A DNA stretch of 64,000 bases from Squalus acanthias. Lineage: Eukaryota. A program made the translations under genes and the position numbers. The DNA lies in the NCBI GenBank assembly GCA_030390025.1, contig CM059432.1, forward strand, positions 25,360,001 to 25,424,000. The letters are read 5' to 3'. Under the pieces are notes generated by a model. That model was not told the DNA's origin, ran no database searches, and saw only the letters and a list, made by a program, of their open reading frames with translations. Shown here piece by piece: positions 10,500 to 23,005 of this stretch (the stretch's first letter is position 1; every line of letters begins with the position of its first letter).

Positions 10500-10760
10500 G
10501 GTTTCAGCGAAGCACTTTTTCACGCAAAGAATAGTGGAAATCTGGAACTCACTCCCTCAAAAGGCTGCGGATGCTGGTCAATTGAAATTTTCAAGACTGA
10601 GATCGATAGATTTTTGTTAGGTATGTGTGTTATGGGGTATGGAACAAGGGTGGGTGGAGGGTAAATGGAGTTGAGGTACAGATCAGCTATGATCTAACTG
10701 AATGACGGAACAGGTTCGAGGAGTTGAATGGCCTGCTCCTGTTCCTATGTTTCTATATTT
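10500..10760 (+). mobile_element. CR1 3' fragment
   Basis: 'KHFFTQRIVEIWNSLPQKA' plus gatcagc…gaatggcct…cctatgtttctat tail. Confidence 0.85.
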
Positions 10761-11094
10761 CCCAGAGTCTTTTCTAAATTGGTCTGGTTTTTTTCTCCAC
10801 CAAAGAGATTGTATAAATGGGGGCGCGGGAGTGGCCATGGGTCAGTGGTGTGCAAACCTGCCCCATGTCTGCATTGGATGATAAAACAAGGGGCTGGTTT
10901 GATGGATTAAATGTTTATTTTGCCCATCCTTCTTTTCATACATGTGTCTCTGATTCATGCCACCTGTTCCAAGGCACTTCCACATCTAGCGACAAGTCTG
11001 TCTGGTACACAACATTAGTGCAACTATACATTTACTGGGAGACCAATCTATGTGCCTCCCAATTCTTTTTTTACACCATATATCCCTTGTTACA

Positions 11095-11512
11095 ACACGG
11101 TGGCATAGTGGTTAGCACTGGTGCCTCACAGCGCCAGAGACCCGGGTTCGAATCTGACCTCGGGTGACTGTCTGTGTGGAGTTTGCACATTCTCCCCGTG
11201 TCTGTGTGGGTTTCCTCCGGGTGCTCCGGTTTCCTCCCACAGTCCAAAAAAATGTGTGGGTTAGGTTGATTTGGCTATGATAAATTGACCCTTAGTGTTA
11301 GGGGGGATTAAATATGTGGGGTTATGGGGATAGGATGGGATATGTTAGGGGAATTACATACACGGGGGTAGGGTGGGATATGTGTACTGTGGGGATTAAA
11401 GCAGGGACAGGGTACTGGATTTGGATGATCAGCCATGATCGTATTGAATGGCGGAGCAGGCTCGATGGGCCGAATGGCCTACTCCTGCTCCTAGATTCTA
11501 TGTTTCTATGTT
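11095..11512 (+). mobile_element. HE1-type SINE (V-SINE superfamily)
   Basis: A box (tggcatagtgg), B box (ggttcgaatc), V-domain core (tgtgtggagtttgcacattctccccgtgtctg…gggtttcctccgggtgctccggtttcctccc) and CR1/HER1-derived tail; possible TSD tgttaca. Confidence 0.9.
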
Positions 11513-11514
11513 AC

Positions 11515-12725
11515 ACCTGTGCTCCTTCAAACCTTGTGCTTTTCCTCAGTGGTACAAAGGTGCGGTGTGGCTGGCTGGCTGGTGCGCTAGTCCAGGTGCC
11601 TTTTTGAACTCTGGTGGTGCTCATCTTAGGGCAACCGAATCTTAGCTCCTGGCTGCATCTCCTGTACTGCTGCCAGTCTTACCTATTTCTGCTCTTCCCT
11701 GCCCTGCCTTCTACTTATGCAGGTATCTGAAGAGGCGTGTGACAGGCACTATCCTGAAAGGCAGCATCATCCTGGGAGCACAAATCTGACAGTCACTGGC
11801 TCTGCATGGCCACTGATCTGTGGGAAAGCAAACCAAATGGTACCAATGAGACTGTTGAATCTCTGAAAGATACTTCTCTTTATTGCTGCCTCAATCATTT
11901 AGAGACCAGCAGAGATGGTCTGGTACCCATAGCCTCTATTGTCAGAGCCTCTTTTGCAGCTTGGCCTGCCCTCGGGACCTCTATGATTTGGACTTTTGCT
12001 GCAGATTGGCCTGGAGCCAATCCAGGGTTGACTGCTGTGCTGCACACACATCCATCATGTTGCTGCCAATCCGGGTAGTGGACTCCAACTAATGTGCCAT
12101 CTGCTCTGTGTTCTTGGACACCATCCCTACTGCCTGTACGTATGTTCCATGCTCTGATAGCATCCTTTTTAAAAACTGGAGACCTGAGATCTGGCTTCTG
12201 GGACTCATCAGCTGCGGGCTAAAGTCTCCTGATCTTCCAACCAATGGCATCTGCCTCCTCATATTGCACTCCTAGCTCCCCCTGCACACTCCTGCTCTAT
12301 GCATGACCCTGTGCACTGCTCTCTGACTGACTAACTAATGCTGGTCCAGGGAGGGTGTCTGTAGGCTTGTGCTTCAGAGGAAGAAAGTGACTGGCTGCAT
12401 GTGAAGAAGTGCTGGCAAGGCCTGAAACAGAGAGTCCAGGTTTCTCTTCCTGCTCCATCCCCAACATTTGCTTGTTTCTATGGCACACCCAGGAGAGAAC
12501 AAGGAGAAAGGTAAGTATGGGTAGCTGAGAAGTAGGGTTCTATTATACTTTCAGTACAAGGAATGATATGAGGATTTAATTATGTACTATATTTTGATGA
12601 AAGATTACACGAGTTACAGGAGCATAAAAGGGAAAAGAAGACGAATATTATGACTGACCTGCAGCTGGTATGTCCCCCTCTACTTCCCTATCTTCCACTT
12701 CTTCTCCTGTGCACTTTCCAGGAGT
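11515..12725 (-). pseudogene. Remnant of a Harbinger Myb-like accessory gene (end of exon 2, intron, last exon)
   Basis: Minus strand: gaagtagagggggacatacc…cag|gtcagt resembles the exon-2 end at ~50845-50885; polypyrimidine acceptor ~12490-12510; C-terminus 'GCPK…PLRKSTR' resembles 'PRG*PPK…PRRST' at 52480-52590. Confidence 0.55.
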
Positions 12726-12744
12726 TTAATGGTTTCCTCCTCAT

Positions 12745-12990
12745 GTAGAACCACAGATGTTTGCAGCACAGAAGGAGGTCATTCGTATCCGTGCTAGCTC
12801 TAATCTAAAATTAATCCCACTGTCTTACTCGCTCCCTATAGCCTTCCATGTTTCCCTGCTTCAAATGCTTACCCAATTTTCTTTTAAAACTGCAATGATT
12901 CTGCCTCAACTAATCCCTGTAGCAAAGCATTCCACGCTCTCACAACACTCGACTTAAAATCTCTGCAACTCTCTTCCTCATTCTCTTAGC
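12745..12990 (-). mobile_element. Old CR1 3' fragment
   Basis: Reverse complement of the …ctccttctgtgctg tail type also seen at 26700-26860 and 61294. Confidence 0.65.
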
Positions 12991-12993
12991 GAC

Positions 12994-15900
12994 AACTAGG
13001 GCTGTAGAGAGGGCTTTAAACTAAATAGTGGGGGGGAGGGTCCAGGTGAGTGGGAATTTAAAAAGTCAATGAGAAATGAAAAACCAATAGAGCAGGATAG
13101 AGATGGGGGAAATAATAGCCAGAGTGTGACAGGAAGGAACAGAATATTTAAAAATAAGAGTGCAACAGAAAATGGGGCCAAAACAAGGAGAAATGGTAAA
13201 AAGACAAAGTTTAAAGCTCTATGTCTGAATGCACGCAGCATTCATAACAAGATAGATGAGTTGACGGCACAAATAGATACAAATGGGTATGATTGATCGC
13301 CATTACAGAGACGTGGTTGCAAGGTGACTAGGGCTGGGAACTGAATACTCCAGGGTATTTGACAATTCGGAAGGATAGACAGAAAGGAAAGGAAGATGGG
13401 GTGGCTTTGTTGGTAAAGGATGGAATCCGTGCAGTGGTGAGAAGTGATATTGGCTCAGAAGATCAAGATGTAGAATCTGTTTGGGTGGAGATAATAAATA
13501 ATAAGGGGAAAAAGTCTCTGGTGGGTGTAGTCTACAGGCCCCCGAACAGTAGCAATACTGTTGGACAGAGTATAAATCAACAAATAATGGAGGCCTGTAA
13601 AAAAGGTACGGTAATAATCATGGGTGATTTTAATCTCCATATTAATTGGACAAATCAAATTGGCCATGGTAGCCTTGAGGAGGAGTTCATAGAGTGTATC
13701 CGGGATGGTTACCTAGAACAGTATGTAATGGAACCAACCAGGGAGCAGGCTATCTTGGATCTGGTACTGCATACTGAGACAGAATTAATAAATGATCTCA
13801 TAGTAAAGGATCCTCTAGGAAAGAGTGATCATAGCATGGTTGAATTTCAAATTCAGTTGAAGGGTGAGAAAGTTGTATCTCAAACCAGTGTCCTGATCTT
13901 AAACAAAGGCAATTACAATGGCATGAGGGCAGAACTGGCTAAAGTGGACTGGAAAAATAAATTAAAGGGTAAGACAGTTGAAATGCAGTGGCGGACATTT
14001 AAGGAGATATTTCATAACTCTCAACAAAAGTATATTCCAGTGAGAAAGAAAGAAAGATTTTAAGAGAAGGGAGCACCATCCGTGGCTAACTACGGAAGTA
14101 AAGGATGGTATCAAATTGAAAATGAAGGCATACAATGTTGCCAAGATTGGTGGGAGGCCAGAGGATTGGAAAAATTTTAAAAACCAGCAAAGGAAGACTA
14201 AAAAAAAATAAAGAGAGAGAAGATGAATTATGAGAGTAAACTGGCAAGAGCTTCTACAAGTATATAAAAAGGAAGAGAGTAGCTAAAGTAAACGTTGGTC
14301 CCTTAGAGGATGAGACTGGGGAATTAATAATGGGGAACGGGGAAATGGCAGAGACTCTGAACAAATATTTTGTATCTGTCTTCACGGTAGAAGACACTAA
14401 CAACATCCCAATAATGGATAATCAAGGGGCCACAGGGAGGGGGGAACTAAAAACAATCACTATCATTAAGGAAAAAGTACTTGGTAAGATAATGGGACTA
14501 AAAGACGACAAGTCCCCTGGACCAGATGGCCTGCATCCCAGGGTCTTAAAAGATGTGGCTGCAGAGATAGTGGATGCATTGGTTGCAATATACCAAAATT
14601 CCCTGGACTCTGGAGAGGTCCCAATGGATTGGAAAATCATAAATGTAATACCCCTATTTAAGAAAGGAGGGAGACAGAAAGCAGGAAACTATAGACCAGT
14701 TAGCCTAGCATCTATCATTGGGAAAATGCTGGAGTCCTTCATTAAGGAAGCAGTAGCAGGGCATTTGGAAAATCATAATGCAGTCAAGCAGAGTCAGCAT
14801 GGTTTTATGAAAGGGAAATCATGTTTAACAAATTTGTTGGAGTTCTTTGAGGATGTAACGAGCAGGGTGGACAAAGGTGAGCCAGTGGATGTGGTGTATT
14901 TGGATTTCCAGAAGGCATTTGATAAGGTGCCACATAAAAGGTTACTGCATAAGATAAGAGCTCACAGAGTTGGGGGTAATATATTAGCATGGATAGAGAA
15001 TTGGCTAACTAACAGAAAGCAGAGAGTCGGGATAAATGGATCATTTTCCAGTTGGCAAACGGTAACTAGTGGGGTGCCACAGGGATCGGTGCTGGGGCCT
15101 CAACTATTTACAACCTACATTCATGACTTGGATGAAGGGACCAAGTGTAATGTAGCCAAGTTTGCAGATGATACAAAGATGGGTGGGAAAGCAAGTTGTG
15201 CAGAGGACTCAAAGAATCTGCAAAGGGATATAGACAGGCTAAGTGAGTGGGCAAACATTTGGCAGATGGAGTATAATGTGGGAAAGTGCGAGGTTATACA
15301 CTTTGGCAGGAAAAATAAAAAAGCAAATTATTGTTTAAATGGAGAGAGATTACAAAATGCTACAGTTCAGAGGGACCTGGGGGTCCTTGTGCATGAAACA
15401 CAAAAAGTTAGCATGCAGGTACAGCAAGTAATCAAAAAGGCAAATGGAATATTGGCCTTTATTGCAAGGGGGTTGGAGTATAAAATCAGGGAAGTCCTGC
15501 TACAACTGTACAGGGTATTGGTGAGACCACACCTTGAGTACTGCGTACAATTTTGGTCTCCTTATTTAAGGAAGGATATACTTGCATTGAGGCAGTTCAG
15601 AGACGATTCACACGGTTGATTCCTGAGATGAGGGGGTTGACTTATGAAGAAAGGTTGAGCAGGTTGGGCCTATACTCATTGGAATTTAGAAGAATGAGAG
15701 GTGATCTTATTCAAACATATAAGATACTGAGGGGGCTCGACAAGGTAGATGCAGAGAGGATGTTTCCCCTCGTGGGAAACTCGGGGGCATAGTTTCAGAA
15801 TAAAGGGTCGCCCTTTTAGAACTGAGATGAGGAGGAACTTCTTCTCTCAGAGGGTCGTAAATCTGTGGAATTCTCTGCCCCAGAGAGCCGTGGAGGTTGG

Positions 15901-16084
15901 CTCATTAAATATATTTAAGGTGGAGATAGACAGATTTTTGCAAGATAAGGGAGTGAAGGGTTATGGGGAGCAGGCAGGGAAGTGGCGTTGAGCCCAAGAT
16001 CAGCCATGATCTTATTGAATGGCGGAGCAGGCTCGAGGGGCCAAGTGGCCTATTCCTGCTCCTATTTCTTATGTTCTTATGTTC
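12994..16084 (+). mobile_element. CR1 LINE: ORF1 end, disrupted ORF2 (APE endonuclease + RT) and 3' tail
   Basis: 'LCLNARSI', 'GVVYRPP', 'MGDFN', 'SDH' endonuclease motifs (13359-14063); '[10 protein letters not shown]', 'KFADDTK' RT motifs (14330-15619); stops and frameshifts; (TTCTTATG)n tail. Confidence 0.97.
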
Positions 16085-17124
16085 ATCGCTGACTCCCCGA
16101 CCAGATAGGTTTAGGGCAAGATTTTCAACAGATTGATCATGAGACGGCAAAAAATATCTACTCTAAGAGGAGGGAAAAAAGCACAGTAGGCCAAAGATCT
16201 GACGTGTTTCAAGTGCACTTGCTAGGTACTTTAATTGAAGTGCGTTGAATGGTACAAAAATGCTGATCTACATTCAGAGGAGGTTTTTGTGCAGTACTGT
16301 AATTGATGGTTTTGATACTTCGTAAATATGTCTCAACGGGCCAACTAAATGGTTATGGTGGCATTAAAAACATTTACAATTTGAAATTTCATTAGAACAG
16401 GTTATGGCTTATTGTCCATTAGGGAGCCATTTTGCGGCTGTGATTCATTTCCAATAGGTTACAGGTATCCAAATATGTCATCTTCTGTGGAAAAATCATG
16501 TGCAGCTTTTTGATTGTGTGCTTTGTAATTCTGTGAATGTGCGTAGCGTGTGGGGAGCATGCATCCAATATTATCTGTCTTCGCAACACTGTAGCTGAGA
16601 CAGACACATCATACTGTTATATGAAGAGCAGAAGATGAATAAAGCTCTTTCCTTCTGCTTTTCTCTCTCCCTTGCTTTGCCCCTACCCCACTCTCTTTGT
16701 GTCTCTCTCTCTTTCTCCCCGCCATGTCGGAATTTGCAGAAAGAATGACTCTTTATTTCTTTCTGATTCTCTCTTTGTATATTTTGTTCTTCCTCCACTT
16801 TCTTTTTTTTTCATCATTTTACTCTACTTCCCTCTCCCTTACGCCTTCTCTTACAGTTTTACGCTGGACTTGCTGGTCTGGTAGGGATAGCAAGTTCACA
16901 GTGATGTGCGCAAGAACTGTGATTACACGGCTCATGCACTCCATCTTACAGCTACATGGAGGAAGAGGTCTACTTTCCAGTCTGCAACCTACAGTTAGCC
17001 TTCCACCAACTAAAGAGATATTTTTCCCTTTCCTCCGCCAAAGGCATTGACTTATGCTAGGATACAGCTCCATGGACCGTGAATGTCCTTTGGCACCCCA
17101 CAATTCTCTCTCTCTCTCTCTCTC

Positions 17125-17500
17125 TGATAGTGAGCCTGGTCAGGCTATCTGACAATGGGGGAGGCACAGTTGTGCCAAACCTATCCTCACACAATCAAGG
17201 TGATTCTGCACTTTCATCGGGGAAGTTTTGCTCAGCGGTAGCGTGAGTCAGAAATAGGGCTGCTGCATTGTACTCACAATTCTCCAATCCCCATTCATTT
17301 CGGGAGTGTGGGATCATGGAGTCACCCCTAATGTCCACACACGAGCACTCTCTCTGGCTGGCAATGAGGAGTGGGAATCTTGGCTAACTGTTCTCCTTTC
17401 TCTAGCCTGGAAATTCTGACACCAATTTTGTACCCCTGCTGCTATCTCAGATGAGATTAGATAACTCAGTATAGAATGAACCTGTGGTCAATGTTACATC
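17125..17500 (-). mobile_element. Old SINE family (AmnSINE2-like, tentative); other copies ~30200-30515, 40560-40720, 41280-41420, 48230-48565, 57690-57790
   Basis: Shared block ccattcttcatgtgtga…ccacac…tttccagcagg…atcaggag…ctggctga…ctagc…tgagattagctaactcag recurs in at least 5 places. Confidence 0.55.
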
Positions 17501-17598
17501 TCAGTGGAAGCAAAGGATCCCGTGGCACTCTCCAAAGAGGAGCAGAGATTCTTTCAGTGTCCTGGTTAACATTTAGCCCACAACTTCTAAAACAGATT

Positions 17599-17953
17599 GG
17601 GGTAGAAATGAGTGCACGTTGCACCTGTTTTTCAGGTGTAAAAGGGCAGGCGTTAGGCCCCTTTCATATGTTCATTCGGGGCCTAACGCCTGGCTAAGGA
17701 CTCTGCTGGGTAATTTGTTTTTGATGAGCAGAACAGATGCCAAGCCTGCCCCATTCACCATTCTTCAGCGGCCGCTGCAACCGCCAATGAAAGGTAAGTT
17801 TTTTTTTAAATAAAATTTTAATCTTGTGCATATAATGTTGATGAAGTCCGAGGTTGAGTTTTGGGCCAGCCACAGGCCTCTCAGTTGGGGTGAGTGTTTC
17901 CATCCCAACGCCGAGTATAGGCCCAAACACAGGCCCAGACAAACTCCCACCCC
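17599..17953. mobile_element. Harbinger-type MITE, family E
   Basis: GGGGTAGAAAT…ACTCCCACCCC; TSD ATT/ATC; gttgcacctgtttttcaggtg shared with 43114-43370. Confidence 0.75.
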
Positions 17954-18112
17954 ATCAACTGGTCATTTATTTCATTGCTGTTAGTGGAACCTTGCTGTGT
18001 GTAAATTAGCTGCTGCATTACCTACATTACAACAGTGACTATAATTCTAAAATATTTTCTGTGAAGTGTGTGAGATGCCCTGAGGTCATGAAAGGCCCTA
18101 TATAAATACAAG

Positions 18113-18856
18113 GGGGGAAAAATTGGGTGGCGCCCATTTTGGGGTGCTAACGTCGCCGGGTTTAGCGCCCCAAAAAAGTTAGTGTCCCTCCGCTATAACT
18201 TCAGTAGTAGCACCCCAAGCATGAGGTGGGGCACTACTAGAAGCATTCCACCTCCTTCTTGGGGTGCTAATACTGAAGTTCGCGACGCTATGTGCAACAG
18301 CGCCACATGCGGCGGCACGTAGCGCTGTGTCATTGCAGGCCTCCCTACCCTGATTAAAGGGGAGGGGCCTAGCGCTGCGCACGCCAGGGCCCTGCTGGAC
18401 CAGCGGGGAGCGGGGTGCCGTGAAAACATCCCGGCACTCAAAAGGACTGCCCGGTTGAGCGATCACGGTCGGCACCCCACATAAAAAAGGGAAAGGGGAC
18501 AGGTGCTGGCAGTCGGCCAAAATAAAAATGGCCGCACGACACCTGTTCTTTAATTAGTGCCGCCGCCGCCGCAGCAAAAACGCCCTCGATCCTGTCGGAC
18601 ATATCGTCCGGCGATAGGTCAGGGGGCGCAAGGGAAGTTTGCAGTTGGGGAACAAGTAGGGCGCTGTGCATGGCGATGACGTCATTGGCGACGGTGCAGC
18701 GCCACCGGGCGTCGCCAGCTACCTGCTGCTGCTAACCTCCCGCTGAATTTCACAGGAGGCGTTAGCGGCTCCACGCCCGGGCGCTAGGGGATTTGCGTCT
18801 CATTAGCGCCCCCTGGGGCGCTAACGAGAGGTGCAAACCAACCCAATTTTTCCCCC
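18113..18856. mobile_element. Harbinger-derived MITE, family B, copy 1
   Basis: Perfect TIRs GGGGGAAAAATTGGGT / ACCCAATTTTTCCCCC; TSD AAG; homologous (inverted) to 56621-57332. Confidence 0.94.
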
Positions 18857-20119
18857 AAGTTCTTTCTTTCATTCATAATGCATTACTCACTGGGAGAGAC
18901 ATTGCAATCAATTCTTTTCAATACATAGAAATTAGTTGAAACATGGCCAATTGTACTGCTCGGGTTTTAGAAGTATCTAGCTAAGACACTGTCTTTGCAC
19001 TGGCTGCTGTTATACTGTCACGAGTCCAAAGCAGAACCAACCTACAGCGGCAGATTCTTATTGTCCTTTTGGCATCTTGGATATGTCAGTCAGCACCAGG
19101 GCCAAGGGATCAGTATAAAGAGAGTATTTCTTGGTAAGCTTTGTGAAGTAATGATACTCCTAAACATCCCTTTGTCATACATGGCACATATTAAAAGCAG
19201 TGTTGGGATCCCTATTAAAGCCCTCCATCAATCCAGCTAGGCCAGAGCCTCAGAAGAATAAGCACACTGCTGAAGCTTGACATTTCCATTCTCTGCCTTG
19301 GCCTATTCAAACTAAATTAGGTGTCAAATTCAAGGCAATTATCTTACATGAAACTCATGTGTACTGTGCACCAGACAGTGATAGACAGAACTCAATTCGG
19401 GTTTGACCTTTAGTGATGGGAAAAAGCCTCCATTTGCTTCTCCTGGGCCTGATCCGAGCCCACGGCCTTTCAGTGAACATCTGCACCTGGCGCTCGTGTA
19501 TTATTCAGCTTTTGACACGAGCCCTCCAGTTACTTTTTAAGGAGATGATTCATGCATTTCATTCTTAACAGAAATTCATTTCAGAATCTTTTCATTATTT
19601 AAACGCTCTCATTGTTCTCAGTGAGAACTGATAGATGGAAGAATGTCAGACAGCTCTTATACTGAGCTGCAGGGGCCGATGACAAAATCACTCACCGGCA
19701 GCAGCACGTCCTGGTGATTTCTGCATCAGGGACTTAATGCCCACCAATCTTGGCTTTGAATTGGCTGGGAGAGGGGTCTTTGAATCCAGTTCTCAGCCAA
19801 TAAAATCAATTCAACTGAAAGTTGCTCCCACCTCCAAAGTGAGGCAAAGGGTTACAGTAACTTAAAGATCTGAAAGCTACGAAAAGTAAAAGAATAAGGT
19901 TAGAATATTCTTAGATAGAAAAGATAAAAAATAAATGTATAATTGACAACAGGAAATGGATGAAACTCTTCTTCAACAATAATAACAAGATAACCACTCT
20001 TTTTCTGCCACTGTTAATGACCCATTGATGAAGTCAAAGAAATGAACAGTTTCAACAAAAATGGACAAAAATGTTAATTTTCATTCTTGGGAAGCAGCAA
20101 TTAAAACACTTTTTTTTTG

Positions 20120-20630
20120 GATATGAGCTTATCACATAAAAACATCTCAAAGTGCTTCACATACAATGAATTCCTTCAAAGTGCAGTGATTGTTGTTCAT
20201 GAATAAACAATCATTCTGCCCAGCAAGATCCCACAAACGGAATAGAATGAATAACTAGCCATTCTATTTTTGGTGGCATTGACGGAGAAAGGAATGTTGA
20301 GGAGTACACGGGATGAATTCCTTGCTCTCTCTTTAAACAGTGTAACATGAGGGCTGGAGAAGTACTTTTATTAATTTATTGCTCCTGGCACAAAGCTTTG
20401 TTTGATGAGAGCAAATATTGGGAATTGGGGCATTGTGCCCAGAGTGTCTGAATCATGGCCTGTATGAATTTTTGCCTATTAAAATGAATGGATGGGAAAT
20501 TGTGTGCACTCTGAATCAGACATTCTCACCTCTATGCCAGAGTGCCCAAAATGTGCTTCCATCAGAAGAAACCTTGCATCAGGAGTACTAAATTGTAAAG
20601 TTGACCCTGGGATCTTTAACGTTCAACTGA
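20120..20630 (-). mobile_element. Deu-SINE remnant containing an old MITE (~20351-20606)
   Basis: SINE resumes at tgggatctttaacgttc (20607). The insert has imperfect inverted ends (…aatttattgctcct / aggagtactaaatt…gaccc). Confidence 0.6.
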
Positions 20631-20669
20631 ATTGAAACATTAAGAAGCAACGGAGTGTACAAAATACAG

Positions 20670-22610
20670 CGAAAGCTATGGACCCTGACAACATCCAAAC
20701 TGTAGTGATAAAGATTTGCACACCAGAGCTAGCCACCCACCCAAACACGTTGTTACAATCCAGCTGTTACACTGGCATCTGCTTGACAAGATGGAAAATT
20801 GCCAGGTATATCCTATTCGCAAAAAGCAAATTTGACCTGGTCAATGACCACCATATCAGCCTCCACAGTGAACTGTTTGAAGGAGTCGTCAATAGTGCCA
20901 TCAAGTGAGATCCAATCACCAGTAACCTGCTCACCGATGCTCAGTTCGGGTTCCGCCAGAAATAGTAGGCTCCATACCTCATCACAACCTGTAACTGGAC
21001 AAGAGCTGAATCCCAGAGAGAAGTAATTACCTTTGATATCAAGGGGTAACTGAGTATGCCACAAAGGAGCCCTGGAAAAACTGAGGTCAATAGGGGTCAA
21101 AGGGTTAACCCCTTGTAGAAAGTATATACAGACCCTTAATTTTAATATTTCTTGAAATGCTTTGCCAGGCAAAAAAGTTTTACAAGGTGAAATAATGTTG
21201 GTAAATGTAACAAGCAGTCTTTCACTGATCAGGCAGGAAACATGGTTGTGACTGCAGGGGGTAGTGATAGTCAACAGAGATAAACAAACCCCTTGAGTAT
21301 TGTAGACATGGTGTCTCTGGTGACATTCCTGAGGTGAGAAGTCAAACCTTTGAAGTTTTGAAATGCAGAATACGACGTAACTCATGAACCGAACCAAGTG
21401 GTTTTCTGCCACCTTTGTAAACTTTAGGAGTGAATGAACAATTTTGGGTTGTGATAAGGACAAACTGAATAATAACCACACAGGATGTGTTAATGTAAAC
21501 GCTTGACAGCTCAAACAGCTCAGACCAACATTAAAGGAACATTTCACTATCTCTGAATGAATGATTTAATACAAAAGACAAGGAAAGCTGTATAAAACAC
21601 AATGGCTAAAGAATATCAGCACTGCCGTCAGAAGAAGGTGGCTTGGCCAGTCATCTCACCTACGAGGATAAAGCTACAGTCAGAGGAAGGAGGGGCCTGG
21701 CCAGTCTTTTCGCTAACGAGGACCTACAATCAACGCTGGACCGATCATCGGCGGGTGGTTGTATGTATGATTTCCTGTAATATTATTGGTGAACTGCTCG
21801 AATAGTGGTTGGGGTTTTGAAACTGTCTTAGGAACAATAAAAGGTTAAAGACAGAACCCGTGTGTCTGGTGCAATTTCTCATTAGTCTCAAGTCCGAACT
21901 CTATAACCTGTTGGACGGGGCGAGGGGTAATTCCGCATGTCTTACACCCTCCAGTGGCTTGAGTCATATCTGACATGCAAGAAGATAGTCATGGTTGTCA
22001 GTAGCCAATCAGTCCCAGGAGGTTGTTGTAGGATTCCTTAAGGTAGTGTCCTTGGCCCAAGCATCTTCAGCCTCTTTGCCAGGAGTGGGACTGTTCACTG
22101 ATGACTTCACAGTGCTCCGTTCCATTCGCAACTCCTCCACTAATGAAGCAGCCCATGCCGACCTACAGCAGGACCTGGGCAGACAAGTGGCAGGGAACAT
22201 TTGCATTTCATAACTGCCAAGCAATGACCACTTCCAACAAGTAAAAGGCCAACCATCTCACCCTGACCTTTAACTGCACCATCATTTCAGAGTCCATTAT
22301 CATCAACATCCTGGGGGTCATTAGTGACCAGAATGTAACGGGACCAATCATATCAACATTTTGACTACACAGGCAGAGCATTGGCTGTGTGCTCTGCAAT
22401 GAGTGGCTCCTGTCATCTCAAAGCTTTGACAAGTCTCGAGTTAGTTGTGTGAGGAAATACTCACCATTTGCACTGCAGCAACTTCTCAATCTATATCAAC
22501 AACATTTCCCAGCCACATATCTCTACCACTGAGAAGGACAATGGCAGCAATGTTGTGGGAGCTCATCATCACTTCCAAGTTCCCATTGTTCCAAGCCATT
22601 CACCATCTTG
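20670..22610 (+). pseudogene. Decayed non-LTR retrotransposon RT (CR1-clade type, second tail family), split by a solo LTR
   Basis: 'AMDPDNIQTVVIK', 'QFGFRQ', 'VGLFTDD', 'LQQDL' remnants; contiguous across the LTR TSD. Confidence 0.75.
21114..21946 (+). mobile_element. Solo LTR (833 bp)
   Basis: TGTA…TACA ends; 4-bp TSD CCCT (21110-21113, 21947-21950); TATAAAA 21591, AATAAA 21836; internal ~50-bp tandem duplication 21625-21722. Confidence 0.88.
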
Positions 22611-23005
22611 ATTTTTTTCTTTTATTCATTCATGGGATGTGGGTTCAGCATTTATTGCCCATCCCTAATTGTCCTTGAGAAGGTGGTGGTGAGCTGCCTT
22701 CTTGAACCGCTGCAGTCTGTGTGGTGAATGCATTCCCACAGTGCTGTTAGGTAGGGAGTTCCAGGATTTTGACCCAGCGATGATGAAGGAACGGAGATAT
22801 ATTTCCAAGTCAGGATGCTGTGTGATTTGGACATATATTGCTGTTTCTTCCTCATCACTAAGTCAAGATTTTGAAATTCCCTGTCTAACAGCATCATGAG
22901 GGGACCATCACCACAAGGATTGCAAAGACAAGGCTCACTACCATCTTCTGAGGTCAACTAGGGATGGACAATAAATTCAGCCTTGCCATCGTCACCCACA
23001 TTTCA
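22611..23005. mobile_element. Two opposed LINE 3' tails (…caaggrcaattagggatgggcaataaatg type)
   Basis: 22611-22815 on the minus strand and ~22870-23005 on the plus strand; same tail as the SINE at 59095-59580. Confidence 0.7.

Larger units (their letters stand above)
17505..18870 (+). mobile_element. Deu-SINE (SacSINE1-like) split by two MITEs
   Basis: Segments 17505-17598, 17954-18112 and tail 18857-18870 rejoin to the consensus (…aacagatt|aactggtcatt…tataaatacaag|ttctttc). Confidence 0.82.

Noticed and set aside
11098..11170. tRNA gene
   Set aside because: It is the tRNA-derived head of an HE1-type SINE, continuous with the V-domain and LINE tail.
16640..16850. Hydrophobic membrane-protein ORFs
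   Set aside because: Pyrimidine-rich low-complexity tract.
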